64,000 nt of DNA from Bigelowiella natans CCMP2755 (GCA_000320545.1 ADNK01001115.1:1-64000), one strand, 5' to 3'. Shown: positions 24,033-37,426, counted from the first letter of the stretch. The notes: generated by a model from the sequence alone, not told the origin. Program-made: numbers and translations.

Positions 24033-24887
24033 GCCACAATTCGATCCAAAGCGTTCCGTGGAGGGATGAATCTCCGTAGGGCAAGAAAGCAAAAGGATCA
24101 GTTCAAATTGGCGAAAAATGACTGGGAATATTGCCAACGACCTTCATAGAATGTTGTCGTAAAATGACATTTAGACCTAAAGGAAGAAAGGAAGGTCTTC
24201 CTGATGTTCTGTCAATGACGGGCATTACTCCCAGAAAGCGGCAGCATGGATCTCTCGGAGTCTCCAGTTGGTCGGTAAGTTGGAAATTAGAAAAACTGAT
24301 GAAATTTTGGATAGACGACAACTGTTATTTAGTGTCTCACACTCTAAATCTAGGGTACATTACTTCCGCTTCTTTCACGGACTTCCCCCCCCACCGCCCG
24401 ACTACGTATCAGCCCTAGAAGACCCACATGGCAGCACAGAGTGAAAATCCACCAAGGCCTTTACGCCTTATCGGTAAGAAAGCTTTCATATGTATGTTGA
24501 CGAAGCAAGCTCCCCTATGAATTCGCTCCACCATTTTCTTTCGTTTCGGCCATAACACGTGGCAACGATTTTGTGTTATATTTATTTGTAATTCTATGTT
24601 CTTGTTACGGATTTCAGTTCGGGAAAAGGATACTATTAAATTTATCAACCCTGAAGACGATGATTCGAAGAACAAAGCCAAATCATGGTAATCGCTTCTT
24701 TATTGCGTTATTTCGAAGAAACTTCAATGAGCTCTCTATAAAATGATATTTAGGTCTTGCTCTGAGTTTCCAGTCGTTTCATCTGCTGATGGAACAAAGG
24801 TGTGTTACAATGAGTGATAGATTACGGGTTGCGGTTTGAAGCGCAACAAAGTGATAAAGCCCATCTGCATATTTGAAAGTCATCGAA

Positions 24888-25947
24888 ATGGAATATTGCT
24901 TGCAGGTTGCTATCCCCTCAGCCGACGGCGTTTCCGTTGTGAATCCCTTCACAGAAGAGACCCTGTACAAATTGGTACTTGTTTCATATGTTTATTTTGT
25001 TACACGTGTTTATGGCGTCCACTTAGCTACCAGCCTGAACAGCGCCACTTCCACCTTTTTGTTTTTACCTTTGGCTTATTCTATTCTTCGTGAAATAAGC
25101 TGCGACCCTATGCCGCTCCCATCATCAGGCAGAGAAAAATGTAAAGCGAATTCAATTTTCGCCTAAAGACACCTACATCGTTACCTGGAGGTAGTTGGCA
25201 GAAAAAAATAAGGAAGAGATCAAATGCAGTTCGCGTCACAACATCATGAGGCAATGCCGAAAGTGATGATGCTTTATTATGCCATCACTCACAGCAAATT
25301 CTTTTCAACGTGCATCAGGTCTCGGGTACAAACAGACACCAACACAGGCGGCAACGTTGCGGTCTTCAAGGCCGAAAATGGTGAAGAGTTCCGCCGATTC
25401 AACCAAAAGTCTATCGACAGATGGTACCAGTGATGGATAATCGTGTATGCGAGTGTGTGTGTGTGTGTATGTAATGTTTTGTGCTGTAATATCGTGTGTT
25501 GCTCTCCAATGCTCACGTACTCTGATGCGACACTACGACCTTAGGCCGACTCTGGGGTGGAGCAATGACGAGAAATATGCTGTTCAGATGGTAATCGGAT
25601 ACGGGAACAACAGCCATTGAATATATCATATACAAACACCCTCTTCTCAGCTGAGCGCTACATCCACGATATGACCACGTTGAGGAGGTCTAACAAATGC
25701 AATAATCTTGGTGATATGGCGTACAGGTAAACAACCAACTATGGCTGTTCGAAGACCATGCGAACCGATACACGCGCAAGATCGACCAAACGAAGGTGAG
25801 AGCCACCGCTACCGTACGTGTGGGTAGAGAGGCTCTTGATATTTTGGCTTACTGTTTTTGTCACGTGATGGCGAAGACAGCGTTGTCGTCGTAAATTGAT
25901 CAATCGTCAAAAACTCTTGATTCCGTAATACTTACTTCATGGTGATG

Positions 25948-25985
<38 letters not shown>

Positions 25986-26359
25986 CACACACACGCGCAG
26001 ACACACACACACATAGATATACAGGCACATACATGCGTATATGGAGTGTATTGTTCTTAATTGTGCTACGCCTTGCTAGGTCTCGCACTTCTCGATTTCC
26101 CCCTCTGGTGCTTATGTGGCAGCCGGCTCTCCAGAATCGAACAGTTAATATGAAGGGGGGAGGGGAGGAGGGTAGGAGGGTTAAACACGCACACGACCGC
26201 ACAAACACACATAAACACAATCCCACACTCACACATTTAACTTTATCGTGTGCATGTATTCGAAACACACGACATGTGGTCAATGTTGAGCATTGCATCG
26301 CCTACCATCACCACACACAACTTCGGTGTGATGTGGTGTTATTATTCGTGCATTAAGTC

Positions 26360-26393
<34 letters not shown>

Positions 26394-26740
26394 TACCCCC
26401 TCTCCCTACCTACTCAGGCAAACCAGGGGTTTTGGCCATTTACACGCTGCCGGACTTCAAGGTAGCGGCAGAGGGAATAGAGAGGATAGTAGTGATGATA
26501 ATGGTGTCCGGTTGGGATGGGGGGGGAGGTGGAAAAGGGGAGGGAGAGTGCGGTATATGGCAACGTTGATGCGATGCGATAGCAATTGATAGTGATGGCT
26601 GCTGCTGCTGCTGCCGTATTAGGCTACTGTGAGCCGTTCTCTATTCAAATGCGAGGAGTTTGAGCTCAAATGGGATCCCACGGGCAAGTACCTTTTGGTA
26701 ATAATGCCAATGTAATTATTACGCTTATTCATGAATGTGC

Positions 26741-26775
<35 letters not shown>

Positions 26776-26903
26776 TGCGTATGAGCGATTCTCCTCCTCC
26801 TTCCCCTTCCCTCCTCCTCCCCCTCCGCAGGCCCAAGCTAGTGTTGTTAGCGACCAGTCAGGAGACTCCTACTATGGAGAAGCCCATCAGTATGATGAAC
26901 AGC

Positions 26904-26934
<31 letters not shown>

Positions 26935-26959
26935 GTTATTGTTATCATTAATATATATG

Positions 26960-27003
<44 letters not shown>

Positions 27004-27774
27004 TGATAAGATGTTTGGTCTTCCAACTCTGAAGATATCTGGTTCACGGTGACGGCAAGTTCTCGCAACAACTCCTCTTCACCAACAAGGTGCTGCTTGC
27101 TGCTGGGATCACAGCCCAAACATTCAAGCTACTAGCAGTCTATGTACAATAGAATAAATTTGAGTCTGCTACTCGATAACAACAACAGGGCCCCATACAA
27201 GACACACAATGGGCGCCAGACGGGAAATCATTCGTCATCATCCAGGTAGTAGCGATGTAGTAATAGTTCTGGCAGCAATGGTATATATTACGCGGCGGTG
27301 TATGCGCGCGAAACTCACCCACGCATAGATCTACCTCTGCGTCCATACTTATACCAAAATCAACACCGATCGATATTCAGGGACACATGCCCGCTCTCGC
27401 GAGCCTGTACATGCCGCAGAAATGCGCGAAGAAATTCGAGTTTGGAAGGTGAAATTAGCCGCAGTAGGCACGCGAGTAGTAGTAGTAGTAGTGGTAATAA
27501 TCGTTGTTGTAAGATGCTCACTGGTGTGTGCTGCTCCTTGCTTTCTACCCTTCCTCTCCGTCTCTCGCAGATGCACAGATTGATTCTAGTTGTAGGATGT
27601 ATTCGCTTGCGTAGCCTTTACTTTGGTTGCTCTTGTTGTTGTTCTTCGTGTTGTTTGTTGTTTTCTTATTCAGGGCGGCGTGGAACACGATACGTTGGTA
27701 GATTTCGACAGCAGCAGCAGCCCCATACTTCCCTCTCCCCTTTCTTTTTCTCCTCCGTTTCTCATTCCGTCTCA

Positions 27775-27812
<38 letters not shown>

Positions 27813-27991
27813 CCCCCCCCCACTGTTCAAACGATAAACAGAGTAGCGAGAATGTTGATACTACTATTGCGTTCGTATGTTCCCTCCCTCCATAAATTCA
27901 AGGTCTCCTCATGGGCGATTCTTATGCCTTGGAGGATTTGGTGAGTAAAGACAATTGACACATCTTGATTTCTTCCCTCCCTTTTGATTAT

Positions 27992-28026
<35 letters not shown>

Positions 28027-28230
28027 CATAAACATACATGTGCGTCAACGTGCTTGTATGCAAGAATCATAATTTGATTTCGTGTTTGTCTCTCCCCTTT
28101 ATCCTCCCCCGCCCCCCCCACCCCCTCCCCGTCTAGGAGCGTTGCAGGGCCATATGCACTTTTGGGACGCCTATAAAAAGAAGAAGATTGGAGTCGCACA
28201 TGTATTATATATGGAAATATGAAAAACAGA

Positions 28231-28263
<33 letters not shown>

Positions 28264-28376
28264 TCACAAAGAGAGAGAAAGAGAGAGAGAGAGAGAGAGG
28301 ATATATAAATATGTAGAATATAAGTCGTTAGATAACGTACGACCTCCTCATAATAGAAGAGGCAATGCGAGCTCTC

Positions 28377-28408
<32 letters not shown>

Positions 28409-28680
28409 ACTCTCTCACTCTTATCATCATTACCGTGGCTATCACCATCATCAGCACCATCAGCACGTGGTATGATGACATATTGCTACCACCATTAAAC
28501 CCTTCGTAGTCCTCCTCCTCCTCATCATCATCATCATCATGGTTTGCAGGATAGAGAAGGACCTAAATACTATGACTGGTCACCTGACTCGCGTCGCTTC
28601 GTGACCGCCACTGTGCGTCCTTTGAGGACAGTGGACAATGGCTACAAGGTAAGCACTACATTAGCGCGCGCGCGCGCGCA

Positions 28681-28721
<41 letters not shown>

Positions 28722-28872
28722 ATGTGTTTCTGCTAGTTGAGGGATTATTACCTTTTCGCATCATCGATGGATCATTATGGTGATGATTGTGTCCAATCGT
28801 ATATTATACGTGTGCGTGTCCGCCCATGAGTACGTGCCTCATTGAATGCCGTTCTTGCTAGCGGTGGCGTCA

Positions 28873-28911
<39 letters not shown>

Positions 28912-29296
28912 GAATATCTTATTTACTTACTTGTACTTAAATAATCCAAAGATTTGGAGCTATGCTGGGGAGTTGAAGAAGCACCTTGTGATCAATCAGC
29001 TTTATCAGGTGAGAGCTCACCATGACAACGACGAATGTCGCTTTGGTTTCTGGAGAATATGTCTTCACCCTCCTCTCCCCCCCCCCTCCTCCCCCTCCTC
29101 CCCCTCTAGGCATCGTATGTAACAGCTGTAGACGGCACCTACGAAAACAAACCTCAATCGCCGAGACTCAAGGTTGTTTAACCATATCATTATCATCATC
29201 ATAATCATCGTCGTCGTCGTGATTCGATGTTGCTGACGCCATTGCCGCTCATCGGCAACTACTGAACATACACGCATACACACACACTCACACACA

Positions 29297-29334
<38 letters not shown>

Positions 29335-29656
29335 GAAGAAAGATTCAGGACTTTGCGGCTGCGAAGCCTGTGAGGGTATGTTGTCTGATCGCCACAATGA
29401 ACGACGATGACGGAGACCGCTGCTGTCTCGCGCATATCACATCAATCCAGCACGCACTCTTTGCACAATCACCGAATCGAATTCGCGTATAATATTGTTG
29501 CTGCTATTGTCACTTCTCCCTATCGACGATAAGGCCTACGTTCCACCCTCTCTCCGGGGAAGAGCAGGCGGGGGACTAGCTGCTCAGCTTAGAAAGGTAG
29601 TCAAAGATGTGTCGTCGTCGTCGTCGTCGTCGTCGTTTCATCGGTTGCATGAATGG

Positions 29657-29687
<31 letters not shown>

Positions 29688-30446
29688 AATGACAACCACT
29701 GCCGAACATCTCCTCTCTTTCACCAGGAGCGTGCAGAGTCAGGGCCCACTCGCATCAGGAATGGGCAAGATGGGGGCAAGAACAACGAGAAAAACAGGAA
29801 GAAAAGGGTGAGAGAAACCCAGCCTGGAGGGGGGGGGGGGGGGGGATTGAGGAGAAGGGAAGATTAACTGCACCCTCATGTTTCAAATGTTCCAGGCAAA
29901 CGCTATTATAATTATTATTATTGTTATTGTTATTAGTATTGTTATCATTATTATTATTGTTATTATCATTATCACGCACATCGAAGCTGTAGTAATCTGC
30001 CATGGTTTGCTGCTCAGGAACGAAGGCGCAAGAAGGCTGCGGCAGCATCATCTGCAACGAATGGAAATGCAATGGCTGCAGCGAGTGGTACTGCTACGCA
30101 TTGTACTTCCGATGGGCGAATATTAACACACACACACACACACAAAATGCACACAAAACGCGTTGATCAACCGTGAGAACAAGATATCACCAAATACACA
30201 CGTCTACATGGGATAATATATCGTCGTTCCGCCGGTTTCCATGAACAGGAGCTACTGCTGCTAGCGGTGAGAAGAAGAAATCTAACCCAAAGCCAACCGG
30301 CACCACCACCACTCCTTCTGCTGCCCCGCCACCCTCCTCGGAGAAGAAAGAGGTACAACGACGACGACGACAACAACAACAACAATAACATTTACTATAC
30401 CCATCATCACATGTTAATGCGCATATAAAGCAACATATGTATATTG

Positions 30447-30481
<35 letters not shown>

Positions 30482-30681
30482 GTCGTACTGAATATACCGT
30501 ACTATACAAGATGATTTTATTTGCATATAGTTGTGCACGGTTTTGTTTTTGGAGAGGTGCTACTGTGTTTTTCCTCACTATTGTCGTACCCACCAGCCTA
30601 CTGAGCAGGAAAAGGTTCAGAAGAAGATAAAGTCGTTGAAGAAGAAGGTGCGATTGTACACAATATAGTGATGACGCGAGA

Positions 30682-30717
<36 letters not shown>

Positions 30718-31082
30718 GGATGAGGAGGGGGAGGAAAGAGCATCAACGGCCATCGTTTCAAATGCGTAGTCGCCATGTCCGCTGCCACATCGAAGAATGA
30801 GCTATTCTTAGCAGCAATAAATATCGTGAGCACTAATATCTGTACGAGTAGTACCTTGTTCTTCGGTTGTGTGTTTTACTCATTTTTGTCCTGCTTCACC
30901 TCCTTCTCCTCCTCCTCCTCTCCCTTTGCCGTTCCATCCATCCTCTGATGACATTGTACATGCCGGGCCCACCATCGCCATCGTTCGTGTTACAATCATC
31001 AGCTGAGGCAGATCTCGCAGATTGAAGGTATGGGAGAAATAGAAGTAGAAGAAGAAGAAGAAGAACGAAGTGGGAAGAGAGC

Positions 31083-31122
<40 letters not shown>

Positions 31123-31343
31123 GGAGGGGTGGGACAAGGCAGGGAGAGAGACGAAAGAAATTGATCCTCGCAATGATTCTCCAGAGAAGGATCCAGCGAC
31201 GTTGAACGATGGGCAGAAGAGTAAGCTGCAGAACAAACCGGTACGAATCGTACGCACTACATACACACGCTGAGACGTCTGCCTGTCTGTCAGTCATTGC
31301 GGTATGTCGTAGTAAACAGACGAATACTGAAAAGGGATGAATG

Positions 31344-31383
<40 letters not shown>

Positions 31384-31454
31384 TCTCTTTTCTCTCTTCA
31401 CAGAAAATAGAAGCTCAGATTGTGGAGCTAACGAAAAAACTTGCGGCAATGTAG
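24888..31454 (+). CDS. EIF2A: Eukaryotic translation initiation factor 2A; about 27 exons
   Basis: Hand-spliced in-frame peptides FSPKDTYIVTW, DQSGDSYYGE, GPIQDTQWAPDG, WSPHGRFLCLGGFG, WSPDSRRFVTAT..PLRTVDNGYKIW, AYVPPSLR, KKIKSLKKKLRQI; TAG at 31452-31454. Confidence 0.93.
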
Positions 31455-32131
31455 AAGGCAGCAGCAGACGATGCAGATCAGCAAACCTCTTCCTCTTCTC
31501 CCTCTCTTCCCTACCCATCCTCCTCATCCTCCTAGCGCATCCTCATTGGCCATTCTAACCAATCATCAGCAGCAAAGACGCTACTACCAATTTTAGCCGT
31601 AGAGTTTTGAGAGCATACACATCTCAGTTGTCATCTTAAACTATTAATTGATCACGGTAAAACGCATCATGCTAGCATGGCAGCACCACACTTGCTAGCT
31701 TGCACAGCGGCGCTGCGTTGCATGATGTCTAAATGTGCCTTATCTAGATGTGCATCATGCATGCAAACGTTACTTGGCAAATGAACGACATCGATTTCTC
31801 GATCAGCGGTGTCTAGATGCGTGCGCAGCATGTAGCATGCTGCTAGGTTGGCATGAATGCGACTGCAATGCCATGGATGGTGTGGCTTGATCGCTAGACA
31901 TCTAGAAATCGTGCGACGCAATTCTAGAATTCCCTGGCAAAAGCGTCTGTCTAGCTTCAGAGCTAGCTAGCTAGCAACGTTGCAGTGGCTGTCTAGCTGT
32001 GCTAGCTAACATTGCATGTCACTGCTGCCGCAAGAAGTCGATCATAATCATCGTATAGTCATCATTGTTATCATCATTGCATAGCTAGATAGCTATCGCT
32101 CTTTCTCCAACAGCATCCTTTTTACTCGTTG

Positions 32132-32385
32132 TCATCTCTTTTTTTTGTCGACGTAATTCCTTCGGATCACGTTTCTTAATGCCCTCTCGGATTGAATGAC
32201 ATCTAGCCGCTCCATCATCGCCAACTCTTCAGAAACATCCTTTCCTTCTGCAAAGATACGGAATTTCAAGATGAAGCTGTATGATACGTCGAGAATGGTG
32301 TTTGCGATTAAGAAAATGAAAGCATTCGGCACATATTCGCACGTATTTTAATTATACACAAACGTTCCTACACAAGTGTATATGC

Positions 32386-32424
<39 letters not shown>

Positions 32425-32433
32425 TCTCTCTCT

Positions 32434-32484
<51 letters not shown>

Positions 32485-32753
32485 TGTGTGAGTCGTCTGC
32501 ATTTCTTTGTGTTGAGCAACAAGCAATAATTGCAGTGTTCAATTCTTCTAAGCGTTAGATTTCGTGATCTAATACAAGTGGTGATGTAGCAGGTTAATTA
32601 CCACGAAAAACTCTAAATGCGGGCACCGCAGTGATGCGGTTATCCTTGAGGATCTCCCTCGTCTCATGGTTCTTGTCCCCTGGTAAAGAAGCACGTGAGA
32701 ATAGTTGCGCAGATAATAAATTTGTTGCAGCTCTATTGAAATTCCTACCATAT

Positions 32754-32814
<61 letters not shown>

Positions 32815-32857
32815 AATGTATACATTTTCCCCAACATTACTCAACATATTTACTCAA

Positions 32858-32894
<37 letters not shown>

Positions 32895-34157
32895 CTTTGT
32901 ATTTGTTTTCAAGCTGTACTAGTGTCTTTTTATTTTAAGAAAGGGTCCGTATTTTGATGGTGCTGTGTCCGTGTGGTCATTATCGTTTTGATCTGCAGGA
33001 ATGCTTCATTTGTGCATTTTGGTGTTGTTGCTTCCCAACCGACGACGGTGATGAAATTCGCATTCGGATACGCCTCGGAAAACAGTTTGAACTTTGGCAT
33101 CATCAGCTTGCATGGCCCGCAGTACGTCATACTGATTGATGAGTGAGGATGACTGTGTGATGAATCATGATCTAGTGATGATGATGATGATGATGATGAT
33201 GGTGGTGGCGAAAGAGAAGATTTCCTGTATCTACTAGAACAACCTGGCCATTACTACGGCGAGAGAGACGTTCTCAGCAGTCAGCGCCTTGAATTCTGCA
33301 GCTATATTTAGATGTGAAGGGGCAGAGGAGAATAGAGGCGGAAGGGATAAGGAGGTCGGTGACAAACACAGGTTAAGTTCCTTCCTCCCAAAGATCGATG
33401 CATTGTTTTTAATTCGCTATGTACTCATCTTTCCTGTATTTGCCACCACACGCACAGGAACCTGATTCGACTTCTACGATGCTGTCTCTGTCATATCCAG
33501 TTGGCCCGAGCAGCCTGCGATGATGGATGAACGATGAGCACATAGCCGAAACAGGAGGAACATGAGGATGGTGATGAAAAGGAATTTCGAAATAGTCGGC
33601 TCCATATTCGTATTTATGAGAAAAAGTAGGGTTCGTATTAACGTCATCATCGATGTTTCTTCCAGTAATACGCCGGTTGCATGCGTAGTACCTCTGTAGC
33701 CAGCCCTTACTGCTTTCTCCCTTTTCTGCGGCCACAGTGACCAAGGTCGGCAATCTCGGCCGCAACTGGCCCCGTTTGGAAGGTGATGATGATGACGAAA
33801 ACGAAGGATTCAGAAGGATCGATGACAGTGCGCTCAACAGCTTTTGGCTCTGGCAAGTTGTTGCAGCGACGCCTCTGCCACCCCGGTTGCTGTTCCGCCG
33901 AAAGTTTGATTTTCTTCGGTTAAAAACCGAATTTGAGGTAGCAACATGTAAGAACGACCGCTCCGATGACCTCGGTGCTGGTTTTCACGGCAAGAAAACG
34001 TAGATTAGAACACTGTTTTGGCAGAAAAAAGGAAGCTCATAACAAGGTCAGACATGAGAACCCATTTCCCCCCGTCCCCTCATCAACCGTAAGGCTGTGC
34101 AGCTTCAAGGATCGGCACGGATAGAATAAGCGCAGCGACTGTGGATAACATTATCAT
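32132..34157 (-). CDS. Thioredoxin (Trx f/CDSP32-like, YCGPC active site) with bipartite signal + transit presequence; multi-exon
   Basis: Exon 1 MIMLSTVAALILSVPILEAAQ joins in phase to a Ser/Arg-rich transit-like exon; SMTYCGPCKLMMPKF; GDKN...ITAVPAFRVF (cis-Pro region); stop at 32132. Confidence 0.8.
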
Positions 34158-34290
34158 GCCCACGTGGATAAAATCCACCCTTCTTCCAGAGGGGGGGGAT
34201 GCAGCACAGGCTCGGAACGGAAGAAAGGCAGAGGAGCAACGAGAACTCGGGGTAACAAACGATTTTGACTCTGCGACTTAGACAATTCCT

Positions 34291-34860
34291 TCAATGAGGC
34301 CGAAAATCGTTGAATCGCTGCTGTTTTATTACAACGACATCGTTTTTAATTTGTCGCAGGGATAAAATCAACTGGAATTTGCGTTCCAATGCCACGCTAG
34401 CACGGTGCACAGCATGCAAGCAACGTGATCCGATCCGATTTGCATTCGAACAGCGACATTGTGTTGGTGGAAAGCCGAAGTTGAATCGTGTTCGAACCTG
34501 TGCGATGTGGTCGCCAGCGTGAGGTGAGCGCTCAGTGCCAGCTTCCACCAAGTGTGGTGTTGTGTTGTCCCTTGCTTGCACCGTCACTGCAAAAGAGCAT
34601 CCACACTTGCCACACAGTGCGTCACAGGTGCGTGTGCGTGCATGTTTGATGTCTAGGATGAGCAGTTCATTGCTTTCATGCTCAAATAACACATGGCCAT
34701 GCCACCACGCGTTTCACCACTTGACGATGCGATCATGGCGCTCGGAGTGTGACGACTCACATGAGCAGATCTCATCTGCATTGCTGCCTCATTGTGGAAG
34801 TCGAACATGCAGACATGTCACGAAAACTTCATGATGTCGGTGTCACAGATGACAATTTCT
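34291..34860 (-). pseudogene. Decayed intronless coding relic (possibly from a mobile element or virus) with extreme TpA depletion
   Basis: About 190-codon frame with three internal TGA stops; the 133-aa ORF has 0 Tyr, 8 His and 7 Cys; 4 TpA in about 570 bp; no family recognised. Confidence 0.5.
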
Positions 34861-35135
34861 GCCGATGTTTTGAGAGTCAGCAAGCATTCAGCACAAGTAC
34901 AAATTTGATTCACATTTCACTTCACACTTCACATCATTCCCCATGTCGGTATTTCTATTTTTGATGATCATAGTGTTGTGCAATCTTCAGAAAAGCTTTT
35001 TGAGTGATGTACCTAATGGAGAAAATGAAAGTTGATCGTCTTCATTTGAGATTATTTTAGGTTTGCTTTTAAGATTGGTTATCATCATGAGAGAAACACA
35101 ACGCGTGGCTCCCCAGCAATCTGGTAAATCTCATC

Positions 35136-35828
35136 CTACGACTCAGGTTGTCGCAGGTCAAAAATATCGTTCTCTTCATCGTTGATATCAATTGTTGTGT
35201 CCCAACTCACCCCAGACTTCGGAGTCTTCATATAGGTACACCATTGACGAAACGAGAGATCTATATGTTAAGGTGCGAGCAGAATGTAAAGACGCTGATG
35301 GGGAAAGTTCTGAGTCGAGGTCTTCGATCATGCATAGAGAAATATTTGTGACATAGTAAACAAGGTAAGTGTCCCCGATTGCTTAGTATCTAGGAAGATT
35401 ATCCGTACTTCTGCATGTGCCCACGTTGCTTGGCGAATAAGTACATAACCTATGTAGAGAGGGGAGTGCATCCTTGTTGTTCAAATCCCAGCGTTTATGA
35501 TTAATTTTGACACATTCTCAAGGGCTCTACTAATGCTAGATGCCTTCAGATAACAAATTTCATTGCCCCCTACCCACTCTCCCTTCTCTCTTTTGGATTC
35601 TAAGATCTCTCCCACCGCCTTCAACAAACACGGATAGCTTTTGCTCTGTGAATCATCATCGCTTTAGAAGTCTGATCATAAATCATTGCTGCGAAAAAGC
35701 GTATGAATTGTTGGCGGCATTACTAGTGCCCATGACACGCCGGCCCAGATTCGATATTTGTTGTCGATTTTCTCCAAACTTCTAGATCTGAGCATCAGAA
35801 GGAGGATGACATCATGAAGACCGTCAAT

Positions 35829-35894
<66 letters not shown>

Positions 35895-37218
35895 TGTAAT
35901 GTGGATATATATGTTTATATTTAGTTTAAAAATACACCAAAATTTCGTTAGCGTCGTTCATCATTCTCACGGTCTGTGCAAAATGCTATCTCGTGGACTG
36001 CTAATATTACCTTGTGGCGAGAATATTGCCTAAAGCCATCGCCACCCGCGAGAAGACGTACAGGTTTATCTGCATTATCATGTTACCATTAAAAAGATTA
36101 TTCCTCCAGCTGGTAACTCCTGCAGTTGCTCATCATTCATCACTTATGAATGCAGGCTTCGATTTGGCATTTTTGTTTTTGCAAGGAAAAAAGTGTAGCA
36201 GCGCATTCCGCAGCACTAACGAGTGCTGGAAAAGGCAATGAAGCAAATATGTTGAAAGGTTTTTTTCAGGAACAAGACTTGTTGTACAGGTTTATTGGGC
36301 AGTAGAGGAAGGGGAGAAGACAAGTTCATTCAAATGGTTATGTAATTGGAAAGAGAAAGATGCGAAGGCGTTACTTAACACCTGAGTGTTGATACTATTT
36401 TTCTCTCCGAAAATCAGCGCTCCAGCGATTCCACCCGCAGCCAACGTACATGCCTTTGTAAGGATCATTGTTGTCAGACACGATCTAACATTTGCGCATA
36501 ATCCTTCTACGGAAAGGAGAATCAGAGGAAAGCGTGAATCGAAAATGTTCATTTTATGTTGGATGGTGGCAGGTGACATCTTCTGGCAGGGTCAGAATTC
36601 TTCGAAAAGCCCACAAGAAGCCTTTATATAAAAGGACGAAGAGGCCTAGATTCTTCGAGTGTGAGAATGTCATCCATCCTATCCTTCGTATCTTGGCTTT
36701 ATTTGCATCGTGCAGTAAACGCAAGGGAGGGGAAAGTGACGTCCATTAACACTGACAGAAAAATGTTTTTTTGCATTCTCCTCCCCCTCCTTCTCATTAC
36801 CAACGTTCACCTCGTTTTTACCTTCAAAAGTGAGCCCTTTCGCGAAGAGGAATGTCATTACTGCCGCGTGCGGCGCTCGAACTGCGGGGCAATACAAGAA
36901 GATATGTGAAATTCGTGATTACACGTTTTACAGACATGATGAACATCTTCAATATTTAACATTTTGCACAATGATTGTACATTTTAGCATTTCCTGTGAA
37001 AATATCTCGAAGAAAACACCCCCGTATCAGTGCTGCACATTAACGCTACACACAGCGCATTCTGGCGCCACGCTGTGAGTTGGAATGCGATATTTTTGTC
37101 CTGGCCGACCCCCCCCTTCTACCGTATTACTTTTAGCGCCGTAAAGGCAACCATGCAGAAATCCCTGGAGGACTGCTCTCAACTCTTTGAGAGTGGACGG
37201 GGGCGAGCGACCCACCAT
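35136..37218 (-). CDS. PXMP4: Peroxisomal membrane protein 4 (PMP24, Tim17-like family); multi-exon, last exon uncertain
   Basis: Spliced LRAVLQGFLHGCLYGAKIRAPHAAVMTFLF, HSKNLGLFVLLYK, AGGIAGALIFGEKNSINTQINLYVFSRV, WALVMYLF and SLVSSMVYLYEDSEVW follow the PXMP4 motifs. Confidence 0.88.
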
Positions 37219-37426
37219 ATCGTGGTCAAGCTTGAACCGGAACTGGTTCTCCGGGGAGCAGGGGTTGGATGTTGAAGTCCTCGGGTAATTGGGTTTTGAG
37301 GGCTTTTCTCCGCGACCAAATATTTACGAAGTTTCCGGCTTAATTTTCTCCAAAAAAATTTCACACGCGAACGCCCTGCATTCCGCCAATTCTTTGCGCA
37401 GCGACACGAATTCTGACACAGCGGCC

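Noticed and set aside
34365-34949. TpG/CpA excess explained by 5mC deamination
   Set aside because: CpG is abundant here and TpA is the missing dinucleotide; at most the few TGA stops could derive from CGA
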